A stretch of DNA of 50,724 nucleotides. Source: Basidiobolus meristosporus CBS 931.73 (lineage: Eukaryota; Fungi; Basidiobolomycota). The notes beneath the pieces are model-generated. The model did not search any database, was not told the origin of the DNA, and was given only the letters and a program-made list of their open reading frames with translations. Each line of letters opens with the position of its first letter. Positions within the stretch are counted from its first letter, which is position 1. The translations under genes and the position numbers were made by a program. The stretch lies in contig MCFE01000639.1 of NCBI GenBank assembly GCA_002104905.1, positions 1 through 50,724 on the forward strand, written 5' to 3'. Positions 22,410-33,000 of the stretch are shown here, one piece after another.

Positions 22410-24300
22410 GCACAGAATGCATAGAAATCCTCATGTAATTGCAGCAAAGTTGGCATGCTACAATCTATTGGCCAGCATATGGAATTAATTGGAGACCAGA
22501 GATACTTAAGACAGAGGGTATCTAATGGAGCAAAAGCTTTCCACTGGGAGCAATGCATTTGCTTTCAACAATATTCCTATACTGATGACCAAGTTGTACA
22601 TGGGGCACTTCAAGGTAAATGAGCCATTTGAGATACCAGAGATATTTGAGATAGTTGGCAAGATATTACAAAGTATCCACTACCTTAAGCACTTCTCATT
22701 GGCTCCAATCAACACTCATATGCATATGAAACAATACAAGTGCAAGGACTGGATGAATTGGATGTGTATTTATTCAAGTGGCCTTCTGAGACCATTTCTA
22801 CCAATAGTATATTAGAGGCATTGGGAGTCATATGTGGACATTGTAGGAATACTTATCCATAAGCATATCACCAATGCCTACTTGGTGCATCAACAGCTTT
22901 TGTGCAATGACTTTGTGACAGGATTTGAGTGGCTATACTACTAACATAAAGTCAAATGCATAGATCTCTGCCACTACTGTATCCATTTGCTACTCCATAT
23001 TGCTTGGTGTGTTGAAAATATTAGGCCTTGCTTCACCTTTTGAGAGTTTCCAATGAAGCAGATGTGTGGGGGAATAGTGCTACAAGTCTTGGTATAAGAG
23101 TTGTAGAGGAATAGGGAGTTTAGCTAGTATTGTATTGACTAAAACTTGAACTGATTTTTATTGAGGTTCCAGCAGCTCCTTATATACATTTTGCCAGATC
23201 AATTGCTGACTAATTGTATTTCCTAATGTAGGTTGTGGCTGATGACTCATTTGATTGCATCATCATCACCCAATAAGATCCTACTTAATATGTCTATTTC
23301 TGTCTGATAAGGGTCTGCTGATTCATTTGCTGATTAATGCCACTGATTTCATAGATAATACTGATATACTGATAACCTAAACATATACTAATTGATTTGA
23401 CTAAAAACTGATCTAACTTAAACATTCAAGCGGCAGATCATAACAATAGGAAGACAAGTCAAGTTGCAGGTATTGCCATATAGCAATCTCATCACAAATA
23501 TTACTTTCAAGTCCATCATGGATGTAATGAGTTGGCACACAGAGGATATCCAGGAAGAGTTGGAAATACTGAGGACAGATGTGCACTTGGGGACACCTAT
23601 GCCTACGGCATTAAGAAGCTAAGCAGCCCCAATGTGTGGGTAATCAGTTGAGTAATGCAAAGTTGGGTTAGGTGCAACAAGCAACTTGCTTTTATTAGGA
23701 AAGCTCTACCAAGGTATGCCAGATTTCTCTTGCTCAAAAGCCAGCTTGTACACCACTCAGTACAGAATTCACACAAACAAGAGCCAGATTGCATCTATAA
23801 TGGGGACTAGAATTCAGCAGGGAGAAGGAATATATTGGCTAAATACCAGTGGTTCTTTGTGGATATTTGGGAGGTATTCATGGCAGAAGTGGCAGCAACC
23901 AAGCATATGTTTGCAAGATGTATATGATACCGGTAGTACAAGGTGTATGGCAACTATACAAGTATCACCCTAAAAAGCAGCAATGCTGAGGTAATAGAGG
24001 TATGTCAACTGTGGCAGGTGTGCGCATTTGTAGAGGTTAGTAAGCAGGAGGCCATTGTACATTTTGATTCAGACTATATGTGGAATACCCAGTGTAGCAG
24101 TGGGTAAGCAAATTATGAGGGGTGATTCTTCAATGGAATACATGAATTGCGCAAGGGGAGGTATAAAATGATATACCATTAGGTAAATTGGTATGGTAAC
24201 ATTATACAGCACTATCTATAGGCTGCCAAAACTGCTGTGATAATGCCATAAGAGGCACACAAAGAGGCTGTCATAACACCATCAAATATTTTGCTATATA
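22410..24300 (+). pseudogene. CACTA/En-Spm (CMC) transposase relic, interrupted by solo LTR-C
   Basis: Reading through stops: DWMNWMCIYSSGLL.PFLPIVY.RHWESYV...FEWLYY...IHLLLHIAWCVENIRPCFTF.EFPMKQMCGGI, matching the CACTA core ending in WxFPMERxCG. Continues VKLQVLPYSNL after the LTR. Confidence 0.75.
23078..23445 (-). mobile_element. Solo LTR-C, TSD ATAG
   Basis: 368 bp; ATAG at 23074-23077 and 23446-23449. Confidence 0.93.
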
Positions 24301-24547
24301 AGGCAATTGGATGTACTGGCTAGTTAGATCCACTCAAATAGTTTTAAAGTGCATTTAGGCAGCAAAAATGCCATGGCACCCTTAGCAAAGTACCAAACAA
24401 ATACCTTTATACCTTATCAACTTTATTTGGCTGTAAAATTAGCAAAATGCTGTTGTGATCCTATCACAAGATTGTGTAGATGGTGATTATTTGCAAGCTG
24501 CTGGTATTGTAGCAGTCTCCTGACAGGATCTTGATGACTGATCCAGA

Positions 24548-25650
24548 TTGGATCCACCTGCAAGACCAAATTATTTTTCACAGGGCAATGTCAATTTGGC
24601 AAGTCTACAGCATTTATGCAAGGAGCTTGTGACAAGGTTTGAGCAGCTATACTTCAAGCATAAAGTTGCACACATAGATCATTCCCTATCCCATCTTGCT
24701 TACTGTGTGGAGAATAAAGTACAATACTTCATCTTTTTGGATCTTCCTACAGAGCAGATTTCTGGGGAGATAATACAATGAGTCAACTTACAAGTATTAC
24801 CATATCTCAATCTCATCAAGAATAGACCCTTCAAGTCAATCATGGATGTGATGAGCTGGCACATGGAGGACATCCAGGAAGAGCTTGAAGATATTGAGGA
24901 CTGAAGCCCACAAGGATACACCTATGCCTTAGGCATTACAAAGCTAAGTAGTCCAAAAAGTGGGTAACTAATTAAGCAAGGCAAGGTTGAGTTGGGCATA
25001 ACAAGCATTAGGACAACTTTGCCAAAGTATGCTGGGTTTCTACTGGATACAAACCAGCTTCTACATTGCTCAATATGGAACTTACACAAATGAAAATCTT
25101 GGCACACCTATAAGAGGCTCTGGAATCCTGCCAGGGAGAAGGAATATATTTGGTAAGTACTTAAAGGTATCTTACAGATATTCCTGAGGTACAAATAGCA
25201 AAGGTGGTGGCAACTAAGCATATGCTTGCAAGATGTATATGTTACCAGCAATTCAAGGTATATTGCAGCTTTGTGAGTATCACACTGAAAAGCCATGAAG
25301 TTGAGGTGATAGAGGCATGTCAATTGCAGTTGTTGTGCTCATATGTAGAGATTAGTAGGCAAGAGGCCATATTTTATTTGATTCCAACTCCTTGTGGAAT
25401 ACCCAAGGTAGCAGTGGGTAAACAAATAAAGCAGGGTAGTTTTATGGTGGAGTTTACAAGTGGCCTAAGGGGAGGTGAGAAGCAAACTACAATTTGGCAA
25501 ACTGGTACCATAGCATTATGTAGGGTTAACAATAGGTCAATATACAGCTGCAATAATGCCAAAAGTGGTCCATATTGATACCATTGCAACACTATTAAGT
25601 TTATGTTTGTATAAGCCATTTGCTTGTTTTGGCTGGTCAGGTCCACAAAA
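24548..25650 (+). pseudogene. Second CACTA transposase relic (tandem diverged copy)
   Basis: FEQLYF, HLAYCVEN, LPTEQISG, LQVLPYLNL; collinear with 22900-24300. Confidence 0.65.
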
Positions 25651-26040
25651 ATAAATGCATTCCATACTAAGACCATAGAAATTCTTTGAAAGTCCCACCA
25701 GCTGTGGATCTTGGGAGCATTGATAGGTGCACTAGAAGATTGCAGCACTGCCTCAGGAGCAGTGCTCAGGAAAACTCACTTGATTATTAGAAGGGTTTAT
25801 TGCAAAGTCTAGCAGAAGAGATTCTGGATAATGCAGTGAAAGCTGAAGGCCAGGACATATAGAGGTTTGTGGATAAACAATAGTATAAAGTCATTGGGCT
25901 CCTTCTGAGGCTTTCACAGATAACTAGTCATCTGGGCTCTATCCAATCCCTTGGAAGTTTCCAAGAAATCAGCTGAATGATGATGCATTATTAATTTATC
26001 TTATGCACCCAACTACACCCAAACTGCTCTGACTTAATCC

Positions 26041-26385
26041 TGTTGTAAAAATGCGTATTTCCACCTAAATATTCACCTAAATTAGTCACCAAGATCATCA
26101 CCTTCAAATCCTAGAGAATACTGACCAAATTCCTTGTTGGGATTTACCAGAATATCTTCACCAAAATACCAGGTACCCAGAACTTGAAAATTTTTTAAGT
26201 TGTCCAAACAGCCCCAAACTTTGCACACATGTTCATGGGACCTTTCTTAACCTATTCTACATGTTTATAATGCCAAGACCATGTAAAAGTATAAATACTA
26301 CTTTTACATTCAATAAATCATTAAGTGAAAACCACATAATCTACTTCACCTCCGATCACTTCCAATATTCAAGACTCTTACAACA
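26041..26385 (+). mobile_element. Solo LTR-D with perfect 5-bp TSD AATCC
   Basis: 345 bp; AATCC at 26036-26040 and 26386-26390. Confidence 0.93.
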
Positions 26386-27166
26386 AATCCAGTTTCATGG
26401 CATTTACAAGTTTGTCTTGATTGTAACAGTATAAATAATGCTGACTGAACCTTTTGGTACAGTGTGTGTCTCAACAAGATTAAGATTTTGCCTTGACAAA
26501 GTCAAGAATGCAACATTTCTGCTCTAGTTTCTACCCAAGCTTAGAATACTTAACACTCCAAAGAACACCAAGCAAAGCATGCATAGCAAACCCAGCTATA
26601 TCCAAGACCAGTATTAGACTGAATTTTTTTGCTGATATCTCCACCACTTCTGACAACTCTAAGATTGTGCATTTGATTTTCCCTTTGGTTCAGTTAAGCC
26701 ATTGAAAAGCTTTATTGCACTTCTGGCATGGATAAAACACTCAAGTTATCCATTACTTTGCAAATGATTACAGAAACAAGATTGTCTATATTGGGCATGT
26801 ATGCAAAGCAGTACCTGTGACTCTTGACTTACATCATGCCACCATCCCCACCACTGGTACATCTTATATGGCTTCTCCATGTTACACAGATTTCATATTA
26901 CTGATCCCTAATTATATGGGTGTGCTGTGCCTATTAAAGCTTTCAGTTCCTTGTAAGAGTATTCTTAGCTGATTGTTATGCTATTGGGATTTCTACTTAT
27001 CTCCAGTGTGTTTCTAGAGTGACATTGTTAGATATCAGTTTGCCAGTGAGAACTGTAGGCAAGGGAGACACTCCTACAACAAGAAATTTGCACCAAGAAA
27101 ACTGTACTAACAGCTATCTTACTTTGGTGGCAGTGTTTGTGCCGTATACTCAGAATAGGCATCTTT

Positions 27167-27648
27167 TGTTGTAAGAGTCTTGGAGATATTGGAAGTCATT
27201 GGGAGGACAATTAGACTCTGTGGTATTCACTTATTGATTTATTGAATGTAAGAGTAGCATTTATACTTTTGCATGATTTTGGCATACCAAGCACATAGAT
27301 AGGTTAAGGAAGGTCCCAAGAACATGTGTGCAAAGTTTGGGGCTGCTTGGACAACATCGAGAATTTTTATGTTCTTGGCACCTGGTATTTTGAGTAAAAT
27401 ATTCCAAGTAAATCCCAACAAGGAATTTGGTCAGTATTCTCTAAGATTTGAAGGTAATGATCTAAGTGACTAATTTAGGTGACTATTTAGGTGGAATTAC
27501 AAGCTCTTACTACACTCCCACTCAGCTAAATCTTCATACTGACTAGTCCTAATCTTGACCTAACATATTCAAGCTTGTCTCTAGCTAATGGCTTGGTAAA
27601 TATGTCTACAATCATTTCATCTTAAGGACAGTAAACTAAGCTAACTAC
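27167..27648 (-). mobile_element. Copia 3' end: LTR-D (27167-27514), PPT and RNase H tail
   Basis: PPT (rc CTCCCACTCAGC) abuts the LTR; DIFTKPLARDK motif; truncated at ~27648. Confidence 0.88.
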
Positions 27649-29730
27649 AATATCTCTAAACCAATATTGCACTCATTTCTTTATTTTGCTTTTTGCTAAT
27701 GTAACACACAAGTGAAAGATCAAGAACTTCTAACTTTGAAGGACAAATGCTCCAGACCCTGGCAAGCAATCCACCCAAGAATATTATGGCATACAGAACA
27801 TGTAGTAGTCAACACATGCTTCAAGTTACAGCTCATTTGAAGCAGTACTTAAGGAGTTATGACCAAAAGAGTCCAATTATTATATATACTATGCCTTATT
27901 GCTAGGATTACTATGGTGACTTTGATCACATGTAACTTTTGAACCAGCCAATCAAATCACGTGATTTATTCACAGGTGCTGCGCCTATGTCCAATCTGCA
28001 CCACTGCAAATCTTAGCTTTGTATCACGTGTATTGCTTGCGTTGTGGTGGTGTATAGGCCCAAGGGAGAGATATGTCCAACACTTCTCAAGTGTTTTTTG
28101 TGTGTGGGGTATTCACTGGGTGCAATAACCTCTGGCAAAAGCTTGCTAGCAATACTTGGGTTCTGTCTCTAATCTAATGTCAAGGGAAAACTATTGAGCT
28201 ACAATCCTCAACTTAGTTAGCATCTTAACAAAAGTATGTGCTGGGCTTAGCGTCCTTTCAGATGACAATGTACTAAAGCTTCCAAAGTCAAAACAACTGT
28301 AAACTCCACCAGCAGGGACTTGATAAGAATGCAGCTGTGGTCAATAGTTACAAAGACAGAAAAGTATCTTTGCCTGTACAAGAACAAGCTTGGGAAAGAA
28401 TCAAATATAATAAAAGATACCTACTCCAAGTATTCCTCACAAGTAGTGCCTCCAAGGTCAGTTGGCTGTTAGCATGGTTTCCTGGAAGTGTCCTGTGGTC
28501 TAGGGTTGGAAGTTCAGGTAGCAGCAGGTAGCAGTGATCACACTAATCAACAAGTTGGTATATTGATAAAAGGAATGATGATTTATTGTTGAGGGATAGC
28601 CTCCCTTATATACTTTTCTCACTGGCTAAGTGATTACCAATCATGGTGTTCCAGAAGGTTCCGGATATCAATAGAAATCTTAATGACATCAGAATGACCT
28701 AAGAATGTTCTAATTAGGTGCCAGAAGGTTCTAGGAGGCACAGCACATTCAACCAATCAGGAATCAGTATTCTGAGACCTGTGTAACATAGGGATACCAT
28801 ATATGGTATGGATATGGTAGGGATGGTGACACAGGTTGATCATGTGTTATGGGTATTAGTGCGGGTACTTGCCTAATATAGAAGCACTTATAGCTTGTAA
28901 TCTTATATAAAGTAAGGGGTAACTTATGCAATAAGGTAGGCAGGTGTGATAGTCAACTGGCTTATGGGATAGTACTGATTGGGTAAGATAAATGAGATAA
29001 AACTAAAATAAGTGTAGTAGAGATATAGGGAAGTAGAAAATAAGGGAATGAGCACATCTGTCAGTGGGTGCCACTGTTACCCCACTACAGTGCAATTGCC
29101 CAAAAACTTTGATCCTTCAGAATTTTCACATATATGACTTCCCCAGCTGAAAAATAAAGAGAGAGCCTCTCTTTCCAGAATCTCCACACTACAATTACAA
29201 GTTTAGAGGTTATAAGACCTCCCCTGCATCACTTGCACTGTTGAGTATTCTGACTCTAATTGGTACTACATCAGTAAAGAGACTGCAAAGCTTACAAGAA
29301 TCCAATCTAAGTTCTACAAGCAACTACCACTTTTCTGTTGGAAAAGTCCCCTCTAAGAAACCCCTTTAGTCTAAAGACCCCTTTAGAGACTTCTACAACA
29401 AACCCCTTTAGGTTAAAGGGGAGTTCAGAATTTCCATATTAGGAAATATTTTCTTGGAAAGGGAAGTGACTCCAAATAAGGAAAAGTTATTATAAAAGTA
29501 AATAAGCCCATTAGTTGACAGAAGGTCAGAACACTGCTGTAGAAGTGATAAACACTGCCTATAGTATATTTTGAGCCTATGATTGAGGAAATTAGTGAAA
29601 GTTATATCTTCTATAAATATATCAAACTCCCAATAAACTATTTCAGTATTAGTATACTGGAAGTTGTTGTATATTGTGGATTAGCCTCTACATTGCAGAA
29701 CAAGTTCCAAACTAATCCTGATACAAGATA
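27640..29730 (-). repeat. Inverted diverged copy of 21190-22410 (CACTA-associated sequence), interrupted by solo LTR-B
   Basis: 27640-28042 and 29090-29730 align with the reverse complement of ~21190-22410. Confidence 0.88.
28043..29089 (-). mobile_element. Solo LTR-B (1047 bp), TSD GCGT/GTGC (ancestral GCGC)
   Basis: TG...CA termini. The empty site in the other copy (~21994) reads GCAC in this orientation. Confidence 0.9.
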
Positions 29731-29732
29731 AC

Positions 29733-29825
29733 AGAACTTGGTCAGTATTCATTAGGGTTCAAATGCAATGATCTAATTGACCAAGCTAGGAGGATATTTA
29801 GGTGGAATCACAAATCTTTACTACA
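29733..29825 (-). mobile_element. Truncated LTR-D fragment
   Basis: Matches the last ~90 bp (plus-strand view) of 27167-27514. Confidence 0.75.
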
Positions 29826-30024
29826 GATTTTGGTCCCAAATGATGCTGAATGCAGCATCTACTTTTGCTTAGACATCCAAGTTAGCAATTGTGACTTGAT
29901 AGGTTTTCTTAAAAAGCTTAAGTCTTTATTCTTTTTCACATTAGAGTGGTAGGAAAACCTAAAAGTATGTATCAAGCTTTTGTCCAGGGTTTTAGCACCA
30001 AGATAACATAGCATATGCATATAC

Positions 30025-33000
30025 TGTTGCAATATTCTGAGGAGTATTAGACCCAATGCAGAGAGGTAGAGGACTTACGTGTTACTCACTTGTGGATTTA
30101 CTGATCAAAAGTATGGTATTTATACTTTTGACATGTTAGAGCACACATATATGTATAGGTTGTTAAGGAAGGTCCCAAGAATATGTGCACAGAGCTTGGG
30201 GGCTTTTGGACAACTCTGAGAAAGATCATAATCTGGATACCTGTTAATTTGGTGAAAATATTCCAAGGAAATCCCAACAAGAAATTTGGCCAGGACAGAA
30301 TGCTAGTCAAAGAGTAAGATATATATGACTTAGTTAGCATGAATATTTAGCTGACACTCAATAATTACAACACTCCCACTCAAAAAAATATTTGTAAGTA
30401 ATAAATACATATTGAAAGTGTGCAATCTGTAATAAGCATATAAGATTTAATTATGTTGCATACTGGACTAATAAAGTATCCAACAGTATATGAACTTGAG
30501 CTCAACTTAATTGAACAAGCTACTTGTAACCCAATGTGCATATCTACTCAATAGTATGCCTATAAATCTGATTGATATGATTGTAGTACTAATAAATAAC
30601 TTTGATCAGTAGTATGGGCTTGAATAATGAGGTGAGTCTAATTGTCAGAATGGAATAATGATATATAGTCTCTTAGCTGTCTAATGCTTTATATTTGAGC
30701 AAAATGGACCTACATTTGGTGAAGTTAAGGTTTTGTCATTATTGGTGGATCTGGAGTTTCCTTATTTTGGGGCAAAAGTATAGTATATTCAGACAAGATC
30801 ACTGCATGTCCATGTTAGGCTCAGGGACAGCTACTTCCATCATTTTGACATTATAAGAGGTAAAAGAAATGACCTATATTGGACCAAGTTAAGGTTTTGT
30901 CATTTACACCTGATCCCATTTATCCTCATTTCCTGACACTGCAGCATGTACAACATGGCTAAGAAAGTTTTTGCTCAACTCAGAGCTGAGATGGCCTGCC
31001 CACACTTGAACCACATCTTTTTGGTGATTCAGATTTACAAAATTGGTCTAGAGTGGTCATCTTTGTCTTCCTTAAATAGCTATAACTATCTTTGGATTGA
31101 TTAATTCATTTACAGTAGATTCAAAGTCTATTTGCCTCTTGATATACACTGCTGGGTTTCAGAAAGTGTCATTGGTTGTTTGGTAGCTATCTTCAGAGTG
31201 CTTCTACTGATTTGGATTAGCAAAGCTGCTTTTGTCTTATTGGAATAAGTCTGTAGAGTAGAGATTGTTATAAGAGTGTCGGAGATATTGGAAGTGATTG
31301 GAAGAACAAGTAGATTATGTTGTTTTCACTTAATGTTTTATTGAATGTACAAGTAGTATTTATACTTTTACATGGTCTTGACATAACAAACATGTAGACT
31401 AGGTCAAGGAAGGTCCCAAGAACATGTGTGCAAAGTTTGGGGCTGTATGGACAAGTTTGAGAATTTTCAAGTTATGGGTACCTGGTATTTTTAGTAAAAA
31501 TATTCAAAGTAAGTCCCAACAAGGAATTTGGTCAGTGTTCTCTAGGTTTTGAAGGTAATGGTCTAAGTGATCAAGTTAGGTGAATATTTGGGTGGAATTA
31601 CAAATTTTTGCAACACACCCACTCAGCTAAATGTTCATACTGACTAGTCCCAATCTTGACCTAACATATTCAAACTTGTCTCTAGCAATGGTTTGGTAAA
31701 TATGTCTGCAATCATTTCATCTGAAGGACAGTAGACTAAGCTAACCAAGCTATTCTCTATAGCTTCACATATGAAATGATGTCTAGTATCTATGCACTTA
31801 GTTCTAGCATGAAAAGTTGGATCTCTACCTAATTCTATACATTCTTGATTATCTTGAAATTAAGTAATAGGCATTTTTTGACATAGGCCTAAATCTGTAA
31901 AAAGCTTTCTTAACCACATTGCTTCTTTTGTAGCCTCACAGGCTGCCATATACTCTGCCTCTGTGGTAGAAAGTGCTGTGGTTGGTTGCTTTCTAGAATT
32001 CCATGAAATTGCTCCTCAACAGTAAAGAAAGGTACATCCTGTGGTGGATCTTCTGTCATTCAAATTTTGTCCCCAATCAGCATCAGAGTATCCCACAAGG
32101 TCCTGCTCTGTATCCTTATAAGTGTATCTTAAGCAGATATCAGCAGCTCCTTCTAGGTATCTAAAAGTTCACTTAACTGCTGCAATATGATCCAATCCAT
32201 AGTTCTGATTATGTTGCCTGACAACTCCCACTGAATATGAGATATCTGGACATGTTCCAAGCATAATATACATCAAACTACCAAACATAGATTGATAAGG
32301 AAAGTCAGGGCTTTCAGATGGCTCCAAGCTCTCTTGATTTGGTTGAGTTTTGACCAAGTTAAGGTTTGTCTCCATTGGGGTAGCTGCCATTTTATAGTCT
32401 TCCATTTGGTACCTCTTTATTATATCTTGAATATACTTGGATTGGCTTAGGGTAATAGCCTGGGTACTTTTGTCTATGAAGAACTTAATCCCTAAGTAGT
32501 AACTGAGTTCTCCTAGATTGGACATCTTGAACCCCTTAGATAGGCTGGATTTAGTCTCTTCCAATGTTAATAGGCTATTGGTGGCTATAATAAGATCATC
32601 CACATATAGAGCTCATAGAGCTGGATTTGCTCAATCTGGCTTATAGTATATACTATAGTCAGTATTACTCCTTATGAAACTCAAAGATTCCAGATAAGAA
32701 TCTATCTTGCAACTCCAGGCTCTTGGTGATTGTTTAAGACCATATAGAGACTTTTTAAGCTTGCAGACCAAATGGGGGTTAGTTTGGTCAACAAACCCAT
32801 CAGGCAGGTCCATATACATGTCCTCATCAAGTTCTCCATTCAAAAATGCAGTTTTTACATCCATTTGATGTATAAAGAACTTATCTTTGGCTGCAATAGC
32901 CAATATTAATCTGATGGAATTAAACTTGGCTACCAGTGCAAAGGTCTCAGTATAGTCCACTCCATTTGTTTGAGAATATTCTTTGGTCACAAGTCTTGCT

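Noticed and set aside
23450-25650. LINE zf-RVT/RT-like reading (W..VL.G.L, GIPQG) of the duplicated segments
   Set aside because: The sequence is directly continuous with the CACTA FPM..CG / PYxNL core in both copies, and the LINE-like motifs occur in stop-ridden or antisense frames.
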